From: Yuukianura sp. NJ FZ-2021 | Lineage: Eukaryota | Length of the DNA: 64,000 nt | Reading direction: 5' to 3' | Assembly: GCA_046563655.1 (NCBI GenBank) | Contig: CM102285.1 | Span: 248,001 to 312,000, forward strand | Shown here: positions 25,512-38,000 of the stretch, one piece after another | Numbering within the stretch: the first letter of the stretch is position 1 | Layout: each line of letters starts with the position of its first letter | Translations under genes and position numbers: made by a program | The notes under the pieces: model-generated | Told to the model about the DNA's origin: nothing | Databases searched by the model: none | Seen by the model: the letters and a program-made list of their open reading frames with translations, nothing else

Positions 25512-28500
25512 ATGGTAAGTACGCTGCGTGTTCACAATTCAGTTAACCTGGATCCAGTAAATCGTCATGTTAACTCAATTACTAATTGAAATTTCGTAAT
25601 CTATTGCAGGTTACAGAGAAACCTGTTCCAGCCGTGGAGCAAAAGGAAAAGACTGCGAAGGAGGACAAAGATGTAGTGAAAACGTTTTCATGTCGTCGGT
25701 TCATGTGTATGTGTCATGGGTTAAGTGTCTAATGTTTCGTTTTTGTGTCGTTAGGTTGTTCCTGAAGAAGTTGAGGATGATGGCAAAGACGAAGCTAAAG
25801 ACGAAGTAAGCCAAACTGGGTCAGTTGACGAGCTACTGGAGTCCGGAGTTGAAAGAGAGAGCTGGGGCAGTAAGGTCTCCTACATCCTGACATTGGTCGG
25901 CTATGCCGTGGGTTTCGGAAACATTTGGCGCTTTCCGTACCTACTCCAGGAGAACGGTGGCAGTATGTCAACAAACTTCACCTTTTACGACATTTCACTA
26001 TTTAAAACTTAACTTCAAGCTTAAAAACTTTGTTTCTTTGCAGTCGTGTTTATGATTCCATACACAATCTCCGTCTTCTTCCTTGGCATCCCCATCTTCT
26101 ACTTGGAGTTGGCCGTTGGTCAACGGCTCCGCAAAGGTCCAGTTGGAAGCTGGCACGAGGTGTCGCCATTCCTGGGTGGTATGGGCATTACGACCGGTGT
26201 AACTTGCATCTTAGTTGGTCTCTACTACAATACTCTTGTCGCCTGGGTCATTTCATACATCATGGACGTAAGTTTTAGCAAACTGTTTAAAAAAAGGCGG
26301 CTAATTTAAAATCGTTTTTAGACGTTTACACTCGACTCTCTCCGCTACTCGAAATGCGAACTGGCCGTAGCTGGCGGCCGTTGCAACACAACTGCCGTTC
26401 CACTGACCGGAGAGTGCGACATTTGCAAGGTTAAGATTAAAAATAAATAATAATAATAATGATATATATAAATAATGTATAATAATGTTTATAAAATTAT
26501 ATTTGCAGCGAGCTGGGGCAAGTCAGTACTACTGGAATCGTCGAGTTCTTGATATTTCCGACTCCATTTCGGACAGTGGGCACTTCAACTACTGGGTCCT
26601 CATTTCCCTTGTGCTTGCGTGGGCCCTTGTGTACGGAGTGCTCGTCAAAGGAATCAAAGCCACTGGGAAGATCGTGTACTTCACTGCATTGTTTCCGTAT
26701 GTTGTCCTGCTCATCTTCCTCATTCGTGGTTTGGCATTGGAGAACATGTCCAATGGATACTCAGTTCTCTTCACTCCTCAGGTCAGTTAACCTTGGTTTG
26801 ACCTTTGACCCTTGGATTGACCCTTGACCTTTTGCTTTTTAGTGGGAAAAGCTAGCGGATGCCAATGTTTGGCGTGTAGCGGCTTCCCAAATTTTCTTTT
26901 CACTGGGAATCGGCTATGGTTGCTTGATTGCTTTCGCTTCATATCTCAAACCCAACAACGACTGTAACTCCTTGCTTTTCTCCGACTTTTTTTCATTTTT
27001 AAATTTCGACGCTTTTTGAAAAATTGAATTTTGAAAATAATTTTTTGCTTTTTTTGATTCTTGTGCTTTCCAGGTCACGCAGATGCAATGCTGATTGCGC
27101 TCATCAACTGCAGTACTTCTTTCTTTGCTACGTTGACAATGTTTCCTTTTCTGGGTAAACTAATGACTATAATTCTATGATGCTTGTGATGATGATTTAT
27201 GATCAATGATGATGATGATGATGATCAATGATGATGATGATGATCAATGATGATGATGATTTTTTTTTGTGATGTTAGGGTACTACGGAACGATGGATTT
27301 TGGCGTCTGTAAGGCTGAAAGACAAGCTCAGCTGAAGGAGGCTTTTGGATTTGGTGCGACTGACCTCGTGACCTTTCCCGATTCTGGCCCAGTGGAATAT
27401 TACAGTTTTGGTGGGAGTGACTACGCAGTACATTTTCCAAAGTTTGTGGACACTTCGTTAATCCGTGACTGCACTCTCGCTGGATCCGTTAAAGCAGTAA
27501 TTTCAAAGTTTTCCAAATTTTCACAATATTTTTGAAAAAAAAAAGTTTGACTTTTTGTGTTTTTGTAGTCAGCTGCTGGAACTGGATTTGTGTTTATAGT
27601 TTTCGCTCAAGCGATGGCCACTTTGCCTGGATCCCATTTCTGGGCATTCCTGTTTTTCTTCATGCTGCTTACCTTGGGCATTGACAGTTCTTTTGGTACC
27701 ATCGAAGGAGCGTTGGCAGCCATCGTCGATCTCCAATTCAAGGTCAAGAAATGGGTGGTCACAAGTAAGGAACCACAATTTTCAAAAATTCAAAAAAAGT
27801 TTTCCAAAATTCAAAAAAGCTTTCAAAATTTTGAAATATTTTGTAGCTATTGTCTGTGGGACGCTGTTCAGTTTCTCTCTCATGTTTGCCTGGGGCTGGG
27901 GCCAGTACATTCTTACATTCATGGACGACTACACAGCCAACTGGCCTTTACTCATCATCGGATGTGTTGAATGCTTTGGAATCGCTTGGATCTACGGTCT
28001 ACAACGGTATGATTAATCAAAATCTTAATTAAAGTTAACGTAATCTCAATTAACTAATGTTTTGGATTGATTTAATTAGCTCGGAAGCAATAAGCGCGAA
28101 TTGGCAACTTGGCAACAGTGGAAGGGAACCTTATTGGGGCGTAGGTTAGGGTTTTTAAAAAGGGCGGGTTATGTGTCATTGGTGGTGGAATTCAGTGTTG
28201 CCAAGTTGTGGAATTCGATCTTATTGTTTTCGCACTTATTGTTTTCGCTCTAATGACCTGGAACTATTGATTTTTTAAATAGGTTTGCTCGTGATTTGGC
28301 TCTGATGACTGGAAAACGTCCAGGAATTTACTGGCTCCTGTGCTGGAAATACGTTTCTCGCCAATCCTTGTCGTTTGCATCATCATTTTCACATTGGTGG
28401 ATTTGAAAAACGGGGTCAACTATAACGTTTGGAAGGACAGCGCTGCTGGGATGGTCTCCGTGCCATACCCAACCTACGCCGTTGCACTGGGATTCCTCAT

Positions 28501-28806
28501 TACCATTTTCATCGTCATTTGGATTCCTCTGATTGCAGTTCTCCGGTAACCTAGCAACTGAATCTCCAACTGAAACTTAACTCTGACTAAAATTCTTTGA
28601 TTTTTAGTGCATTTGGAGTGAAAGTGATCAAGGATGAGGCGAGTGCTGACTTTCCCGAGGAAGAACTCAAGATTGAGCGAAACTACCGCGAAGAAGACGA
28701 AATGCCGAAAGATTCTGTGACGAAGTTGGTTCTCTGGGGAAATCTTCAGAAATCAAACACGGACATGCCAGTCGTCGGGTCAGACGCTCAACTGGACCAA
28801 AACTGA
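25512..28806 (+). CDS. SLC6 sodium:neurotransmitter symporter family transporter (nutrient amino-acid / B0AT-like)
   Basis: An ATG-only first coding exon (25512-25514) is followed by [91 protein letters not shown] and [11 protein letters not shown]. Stop at 28804-28806. Confidence 0.93.
27176..27260. repeat. (GAT)n microsatellite with TGATCA interruptions in an SLC6 intron
   Basis: Seen directly. Confidence 0.9.
28078..28265. mobile_element. Truncated foldback/Mutator-like MITE in an SLC6 intron
   Basis: Inverted CAACTTGGCAACAGTG / CAGTGTTGCCAAGTTG, tandem CTTATTGTTTTCGC units, a central TAGGTTAGGG, and the right end ATGACCTGGAAC shared with the 1656-2222 element. Confidence 0.6.
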
Positions 28807-29038
28807 AAAATTCGCCGAAAACTAACTCAAAACAAAACAATCTTTTTTTTTCACTCATATCTTAATTTACATTTTTACTGCCAAAATTTCACTTATAGTC
28901 ATTCATTTTATGAGTTGTTTTTTACGACTAGAATTTTGTGAGTTCAGACTGAACAAGGAAGCACTGATTATCGTTTGGCCAAAATTTTAGATTGTTCGAA
29001 ATTTATTTTCAAATTTTGAAATTTTGGTTTTTAGATTG

Positions 29039-32000
29039 TCACTGCGGTGGAGTTCGTGCTAGGTTTATGCAGAGTCCAGTTTCTAGTCTCCTCGAAGGCG
29101 ACAGAATGAAGTGACCCAGGTCACTCGAGTACTGTTTCCGCTCTTCTCTCGTCAGTTCCCGCCCTACTTCCGTTGAATCTCTAACAAAAATAATTTACAT
29201 ATTCACATATTTATGTTTATATATTTATAGTTATATTTATATTTATATATTTATAGCTATATTTATATTTTTATGTACATACTTGATGATAAGTGCACAT
29301 TGGTCTGTATGGACATTGAGGATTCGTCCATTCCCGAATTTTTTCCAGGTGACTTTTTCCTGGAGAACGACTGGACTGAGGTCATATGGGTAGTCGACGT
29401 CCAGTTCTGGAACAAAGTAGTCCAGCAATCCACTATCGATTCCAGTTCGAGCTGAAATCTAAAAAAAAAGTTTTTGAAAAACGATTTTCAAGTTTTGAAT
29501 TTCCAACTTTTCAAACAAGGTTTCAATTTTCAAGTTTTCAGTTTTCAACTTAATTGTAACAATTTTTTCTCAATTAAGCTAAACTTAGATCTATGCTGGC
29601 GGTAACACAGGTTTGACTTTGGAAGTACAGTTTGAAAATAGCTTTCAAAATTTTGAAAAGTGAAAAAATTTTACTTCGTCTCTGATGACAAGTTCTATTT
29701 TTTCAGTGTAGTCATGCGTCACTTTGATTTCAAATGGATCCGCCAGAATTAGGCTGCTGGGGTGCCATTGTCTAATCAAAACATGAAATTCCTTCTCTCC
29801 AAGTGTATCCGGTGCTGTGATTGGCTGGAAACATCAACAATAACATAATATAATAAATATAATATAATAACATATAATAATACATAATGAACCAATAAAC
29901 AAAGTCTTTGCATAAAAGTGGTGCACAAGTCTAACCTGCACAAAAAGTTCTCCGTTTCCCGCCGTGAGGAAAATGTCTCTCAGTTTAGTCGTGTCGCGGA
30001 TAATTCTGCCGGGAAAACTTCCTTTTTTCTTCCGAATTCGAAGACTGGAATAATTTAAAAAAAAAACTAAATTTTTTGAAAAACTTTTTTAAAAAGTGTT
30101 TACAAATTTTTGGAAACGTACTGTGGTGTCTTGGCTTGTTCTTCTGCAGACTGAACTGACTGTACTGCTTTGAGACAAGCCGCTTTGACATCTGATCCGT
30201 CCATTCCCGAATGCAAAATCACTTCACTCAAGTAAGGCGGAGTCTGAAAACGGAAATTCAAAAAACAAATGTTAAATTTTTTAGAAAAGTTTTTTTTTTC
30301 GATTTTTGTTTCAAAATTTTACTTCTTTTGGACGACTAAAATCCAGCAAGTAGAGCGCCACTCGGAATTCGGTTGGTCCAAGTCTTCTTCCTATTTTTGT
30401 TTTCATGGACTCAAAACTCTCCAAATCTTTGAGCATGCAGTTCCTCTGCGCATGCGTGTACTCAATTTCAGTTTGACCTTGACCTCCCGTGACCCCGAAA
30501 ATGTTAAACTCACTTTCACTTTGATTCGTTTCTTGACTCAATCGAAAACTCAGTTCGCTCAAGGTCAATCTCGGACTACAACGGATCTTCAATCCTGTTC
30601 AAACAACATCTTCAATACAATTTTCAAAAAAGAGGAAAATACACTTTTGTGAATTTGTTTGCCTAATTCTGACTTTTTCCAAAATGCCTCCTGTAGAAAG
30701 TTAGAAGGTGTGATGGTGTTTTAAAAAAACAATATTTTGAAAAATTTCACTTTTTCATGAATAAGGAAAATACATTTTTGGAAATTTGTTAGTCTATTCC
30801 TGACTTTTTCCAAAATTCCTCCTGCAGAAAAGTAGAAAGTGTGGTGGTGTTTTAGAAAAACTATATTTTTGAATTTTTTAAATTTCCATCAAAAAGGAAA
30901 ATGCACTTTAGTGAATTTGTTAGCCTACAGATAACTAATCAAATAATCTGTATAATCATGACTTTTTCAAAAAGAAGGAATGGAAACGGAAGGAAATTTA
31001 GAAAACCGTTTAGAACTATGGAATTTTAGAATTTCAGAAATTTTAGATTCAAAGATCTCAGTTTTGGAATTCTTACGTTCAAAATCTCCCGGGAGTTTCT
31101 CACGACCTTGAACGGAAAAATAGTTTTTCGAAATCTCCGTCACGTGACCATTTTGTATTGGCGGTTCGAGCGGGTCAAATTCAAATTGCGTTTCTGACTG
31201 GTAGCGAGGACGAGTAGAGAGGTCATTGACCCCGTGACCTGATGCCGAAAGGTCATTGACCATGTGACCTGATGCCGAAAGGTCATTGACCCCGTGACCT
31301 GATGCCGAAAGGTCATTGACCCCGTGACCTTGACACTCGATGAAGAAGCAGTAACTTCCGTAGTACTGGGAACACCATTTCAGAAAATCGTCAACTTCAA
31401 ATTCCTCCACATTTTGAGCCATGAGTTCCACCAAACGAGCCCCACTTTGAAATTGAGCCACCACAAAATCAGCATCGGTCAACAAAATACTGCCAGCGTC
31501 ACTCTCAGGCCGACGAGCCAGTACCAAATTTTGAACAGGAATTTCAAAATTTTTGGAAATTTTGAGCTTAAAGTCTTCCAGAGTTACTCCAGCACCGGCA
31601 CACGGAAAATGGATTTCGGCAGTTTTCAAAATTTCGTCGTTTTTCCAGTTGACCAAATCAACTTTTAAGACGCCGTCTGTAAGGTCAAGGTCAAAGGTCA
31701 AAAATAAACAAGGTAGGGCAATGCTCAAGGGTTGAGCATAGGTCTTCTGGAGGGAGTTGACAATTGATACGACTTAGATCGACCGGCCACCCTCAAAACT
31801 GTACAAGAATTGAGAAACCGTTTTCATGTAGTTGCTGCACCATGTGGCTCAAAATTTTCAGTGCGGATGTAAGGTCCTATTTTGTGCATGAGTTGCACCA
31901 AAATTGGATTGGCAAATCTATCATTTAATTGAACCAAAATCATGTTCCAGATTTTGAGCCCCAAAATATTTGCACCGAATTGATGTTCGTAATTCATTAA

Positions 32001-35000
32001 ACAACATGCACATAATGTATTGTCGATGTTGTCATGGCAATGCACTATTAGCGAAAAGAGCGTAAACCAAATGGCATCAAAATAATGATATAGAAATTGA
32101 GATTTGTGCAGGATGCACAAATTTGAACGCGGAAGGAGAATGGGTCGGATATCCCTTCTTATAAATCGAAGTCGGTTCATGAAAATGCACAGTGTGTGAA
32201 ATTAAGCGCATAAGTTATTGAACCGAAAATTGCTTGCTTATAATCAAAATTATAAAAATTTCTTGCAAATGTTTGTGGAATTGCCACGTGAATTCCACTA
32301 GGTTTTTCAGTTCAAAACTCTCGCAGTTTTTAGATTCAAAAATCCCACAATTTCAGGCCTCTTAGCCCCTCCCTCTACTACGCAGTTAGTTTAGGGCTTT
32401 TGTTCTGTTCAACTCTGTTAGCATAAGTCAGTCTTAGCACGTTGTCACACACAGTACCATGCCTAAGTACTCGACCTACACTCTCATTAACAATTAATTG
32501 TTCATCATCACTTAACTTTCATTCATTAAACAAAGGGTTAAAAGCCCAGATTTTCCTGAACTTTTCAGAGTCTGCTTTTTGCCCAGTTTTTCTTTAGTTC
32601 AGTTGGAAAGTTACTGAACATAATTTTTCAGGAAATCTAAAATTAACTTTAATCAATCAGTGACTCTCTATCAGTGACATGGCTTCTACTTCATCCTCCG
32701 ACGTAGTGAGCTTCAGTTCTGCAACAGCTGGACTCGGTCATGTTAGGAAGACGATCGTTCGCCTCCAGACGTCCTTAGACTCCGTAACATGGAAACCGAC
32801 CACTGTCCCTGAAGTCACCGTTAAGGAGACTCGACTAAGTGAAATCAAAACTGAGTTCAATTACTGGAAACGTCATCTCATCTGTGCCAGTACATCCTCC
32901 CAATCATTGGACGACATAGACGATACACTTATCGAGTGTGAAGATCTACTAGAACAGGTACAATTCACACTCTATGCCGTTCGAGATTCAATTTGTAAAC
33001 ATGCCGTGGACCAACCCGGTTCTTCAAGAATTCAACATCACTCTAACTTTGATTCTGAGTTTAAGTTAGAAAAGACTAAACCACCGACTTTCAACGGCGA
33101 TTACACCGAATGGCAGAACTTCTCGGATCTGTTCCAGGCTGCTGTCATCGATAATCCCAGAATTTCCGGTGCTCAAAAGCTCGTCTATCTCAAGAATTCA
33201 CTGACTGGTGAAGCTGCGTCCATCGCTTCTTCATTCCCACTCAACAATCTCAGTTTCGCTGAAGCATGGGAATTGGTTGAGAAACGTTTCAACAAGAAAC
33301 GAGAAATCATCTTTTCTCATTTAACTAAACTTTTCTCTCTTCAGTCTGTTCCAGACACATCCAAGGGGATTCTCAAGTTGGTCGACACCATCAACCAATG
33401 TCTCCGTTCCCTCAAGATCCTCAACGTCAATGTGACGGATTGGGATATCTTCATCGTCTACTGGGCCCATCTCAAACTTGATCCAGAGACGAGAAGACAG
33501 TGGTTACTGACCACTAACGACGAACTTCCTACTCTTCCTCCGTTCATGGAGTTTTTGGAGAAAAGAGCCAACGCCCTCACTCCAACACCATCATCACCGT
33601 CATCAAAGCGGAAATCAAGCCCTTCATCATCCACTGCTCATCACACCACTACAGGGCAAACGAAAACCAAATCAGGCTGTCCACAATGTGATGACCAGAC
33701 CCACCGGATCTACAAATGTCCGGATTTTCTCAAATTGAGTCCCCATGACCGAACTACTTTCGCCCACAAGAAGAAAATTTGTATCAATTGTTTGCGCTCA
33801 AACCATCAAGTTCGGGACTGCAAAAGCGAAGGGGTGTGTACCAAGTGCTCAAAACGTCACAACACCCTTCTCCACTTTGACGCTCACGTCCGCCGTCGCA
33901 GTTCGAGCTCATCATCTGAGTCATCTTCAGACTCAAATTCAACAACAAGTTCAGCGTCAAGGTCACCACCCTCTGCCTTTCAGTCAACCTCTTCGTCTGA
34001 CGAACATGTCCAGTCCCATCACTCGTCCTCTACGGCACCCACTACCAAAGTGGTTCTGATGGCTACTGTCGTCGCAAGAGTCGTTGACCAGAACGGTGAA
34101 CGTCAACCTTGTCGTGTCTTCCTGGACCCCGGCTCCGAATCCAACTTCGTCTCAGAAGCTTTCGTCGACCGATTCAACTTGAGGCGACAGAAGTCATGCA
34201 TCAGTGTGACTGGAATCGGAGGTTCATCTGGAGGCTCCACTCGTGGTGCGGTAAATTTCAAATTGCACTCACGTTATGACAATTTTATCTTTCCAGTTAA
34301 GGCTCTCATTCTGCCTCGCCTCACTGGACAACTTCCACGCTCCGAATGTCAGGGGTCATTTCCTCACTTGGATGGGCTCTCTCTGGCTGACCCTGACTTC
34401 AACATTCCGTCATCCATTGACATTTTACTCGGTGCAGAAGCTACTGCTCAAGTACTCCTGCCCGGAATCAGAACTGGACTGCCAGGGACCCCACTCGCCC
34501 AAGACTCTCGTTTTGGCTGGTTTATCACTGGGACTTCTCCGTTAAGCCCAGATCACACCTCTCCTTTCAGCGTCACCTCGTGTCACGTCACTTGTGACCC
34601 AAACGACAAAAGTTTGGAAGCATCTCTGCAATGCTACGGGGACCTGGAACACTCTTCACCACAACCACTCAAGGCAGATGTACTACCCCCTCAACTCTAC
34701 GCTGGAAAAGTCGTGACCACTGCAGTCTCACTTTGCCCAGGGTCAACATCCGCCTCAATGCAATTCAGAGCGATGCCGATCAACTTTTGTGCCCAGAAGC
34801 AGCAGGTCAAGGGAAACGTCCGCTTTCTCTCCCCCTTCTTGGACAACAACAACAACAACAACAACACTCGAGTAGGCAGCAGTCGTCAGATGTCGGCATT
34901 CAACAACAGAAGCCGTCATCCCGTCCCCTCTCGAAATCTCAAGTCTCCTCAAATGGAACCTCAACCAAACAAACTCTACCGACGTCCCTTCACTCGACTT

Positions 35001-38000
35001 GCTCCTCTGCCAATCGATGAAGACGTCACTGCAGCATTCTCCAGCATCAACCAGATGTAGATTTTCAATTCTAATTTCGAGTAAAGTTAGATTCAACTTT
35101 AAATTTAGATTTCTATAATTTAAATTTAATTTAAATTTATTCTCTCTCTCTTCTAAGCATTTAAGTTTCTCACGCCTGCGCGTTTTCGCAAACAACCCCG
35201 TTTCATTTCCGGTTAAGCTTCAAGTTTTCCTTGGTGGATTTCCTAAATCCACCAACGTCGGGGAATGTTTGTGGAATTGCCACGTGAATTCCACTAGGTT
35301 TTTCAGTTCAAAACTCTCGCAGTTTTTAGATTCAAAAATCCCACAATTTCAGGCCTCTTAGCCCCTCCCTCTACTACGCAGTTAGTTTAGGGCTTTTGTT
35401 CTGTTCAACTCTGTTAGCATAAGTCAGTCTTAGCACGTTGTCACACACAGTACCATGCCTAAGTACTCGACCTACACTCTCATTAACAATTAATTGTTCA
35501 TCATCACTTAACTTTCATTCATTAAACAAAGGGTTAAAAGCCCAGATTTTCCTGAACTTTTCAGAGTCTGCTTTTTGCCCAGTTTTTCTTTAGTTCAGTT
35601 GGAAAGTTACTGAACAGCAAAGGCAAATTTGAACCCTGCCAATCACTGTTCGCATGTTACGAATTTAAGCCGGATTTTCTACCCTCTAATTAGTCTTAAG
35701 TTAACAACGTACCTAAACATAATATCAGAAAATGAGAAGATCAAAACTTCGTTGTTTAAATATATTTTGAGTGCAATGCAGACCTAACACAGAAATTTTG
35801 AGGACTTAAGAAACTGCAACGCGAAGCAGCCGCATACTTTGACGTTGTTAACTTAACACTTTGAGTGCAATGTAGAGGTAGAGAAAATATTTGAGCCATA
35901 CATCACCCCCCGACTGCGATAGGACTAATGTTTCAGCGCAAAAGATACTAAAAAAGCGAACGGACAGACAGACAGACAGACAGACAAAGTCGTATCAATA
36001 GTCTTCTTCAGCATGTCGTAGACATGCGTCTCCAGAAGACTAAAAACAGTAAAAATCGTGTTTGCAAGAAAGAAACCGTCGCGGTGTTGATCGTTTTTGA
36101 AAAATTTGTTTTTTGAAAAACTTTTTTGAAAATCCAACCTGCAGTGCTGTATGGTTCGAATGACCTCTCTGGTGACCTCACTTCGAGCAAAAGCGTTTCG
36201 AGATCGGTTTCGCCGTACCGACGAACCACAACTCCGAACGGTTCGTCCTCTCTGCCTTCCCAACTTTCTTCTGAAATCAGCGTCTGCAAGTTGAAACGCA
36301 CGAGACGAACAGTTTCCGGATCAACTTCTACGTCTGGATAGAAAACCTAAAAAAATCCAATTAAAAAAAATATTTCAGAAAAATAAAATTTTGAAAATTT
36401 TTATTTATTTTTTTGAACCTTGTAAGCTTCTTGTGCCGTTTTATGTAAAGATTCAATTTTTTCGAAGGCTGTATCCACCGTGTCTACTTCCCAACCATCC
36501 GATTTTCTCTTGCAGAGGCGCACGCGTCTAACGCGTTTTTCATACGTTTCAGAGTCGTGCACTTTTCGATCGTTTGGTTCCATTGAAGTCCAAAGTTCCT
36601 GTGAAATGTTTTACGAAAATCCAAGTGTTTTACGAAAATCCAAGTGTTTAGGGTTTTATGAAAACCCAAGCGTTAACAGTGTTTTATGAGAAGTGTCTTA
36701 TGGAAAACCCAAAAGTGTTAAGTGTTTTATGAAAACTTAAAACAGCAAAAGAGTTATAAGTGTTTCGTGAAAATCCAAAAGTGTTTTGCGAAAACCCAAG
36801 TATTACGACTGTGTTATGGAATACCCAAAAGTGTTTTATGAAAACCCAAAAGTGTTTTATGAAAACTCAAAGTGTTTTTTGTTACTTTGATGTGATCCGG
36901 AAGGTCATCCCAGGTCATGGGGAGCGTGTTGAGGTTTTTGTCTCTTCTTCGATAGATGAGCATGTAGGCCTCTCCTTTATCCCGTTCAAATTCTCCCACT
37001 CCCGGGTGACCTCCGTAAGTTTTCATCACTTCCTCTTCCGAACTCTAAAACCAAAAAAAAACGGAGGTGAAAATTTTTGAAAGTTTTCAAAATTTCGAAA
37101 CTTACTTTTCGAACAAAGGAGTCGTTGCATAAGTACCAAGCACATTTTTCAAGGTCATAGACATATGAGTAGTAGTGACCTCTATGTGATGACCCGCCTT
37201 CATGCACCCAAACTGCCAGCAGCTCATACGCATGTGCAGATTCCTCTTCTTCTGCTGTTTTTCCAATTTCAACCTCTTTCTAAAAAAAATGTGACAAAAA
37301 GTTGAAAATCAAAATTTTGAAAATTCTAAGATTTCCAAATCGAAAATTGCAAAAATTTTTACACTGTGGATTTTGGCTTGTGGTCGGCTGTGCACCGTTC
37401 GCCGCTGCGCAGACTCCAAGTGAGCGCCGATTTTTTCTGGATCGATCGCTGGAACTTTTTCGTCTTCGCTGCCTCCATTTTCGCTGCTCGGCATGAACGG
37501 ATCCATGTTCAGGATAAACGGAAACGATATCCTGAAATTCCAAATTTTTTCAAAATTTTGAAGTTTTCAAAATTTCATTTTCAAATGTAGTGTCTCACTT
37601 GTCATTGATTTTCCTTCGTGCTAAAACAGTAAGATCGAATTCCCAGCGTCGGAGTTGGAGCGACAGAAAATACGGTAATTTTTCAAAGGCTGTTCCCTTT
37701 TCAGCGTCAACCAACGCTGAACAGCGTTCGCAGCGATACTGATTGGGGTGAGTCAAGACTTCTACTTGCACAAAGTTCCGAAGTGCCTCTTCCTCAAATG
37801 AGTCACAAAAGAAAAATTTTATGAAAACTTTCAAAATTTCTAAAAATGACTAATTTAAAAAAAAAGTTTTCCACTTACAAGCGTCGGTTTTGTCAGTTTC
37901 TCCCCAAATGCTCTCACTGGTAAAGAAATTCCCATGGATAGTTCAATTTTTGAATTTCGCTGGTTACACTGCAGACACTTCACGTAATCGTTCATGAGCC

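Noticed and set aside
31790-32264. 118-aa ORF, or a host transposon related to the TGCAC-rich 48-49.5 kb region
   Set aside because: The ORF lacks recognisable features, and I could not identify TIRs, a TSD or an alignable match.
33745-35195. Alternative-frame and antisense ORFs in the LTR element as env or accessory genes
   Set aside because: They are short shadows of the Ser-rich and (AAC)n parts of the main ORF, with no signal peptide, TM segment or RT motif.
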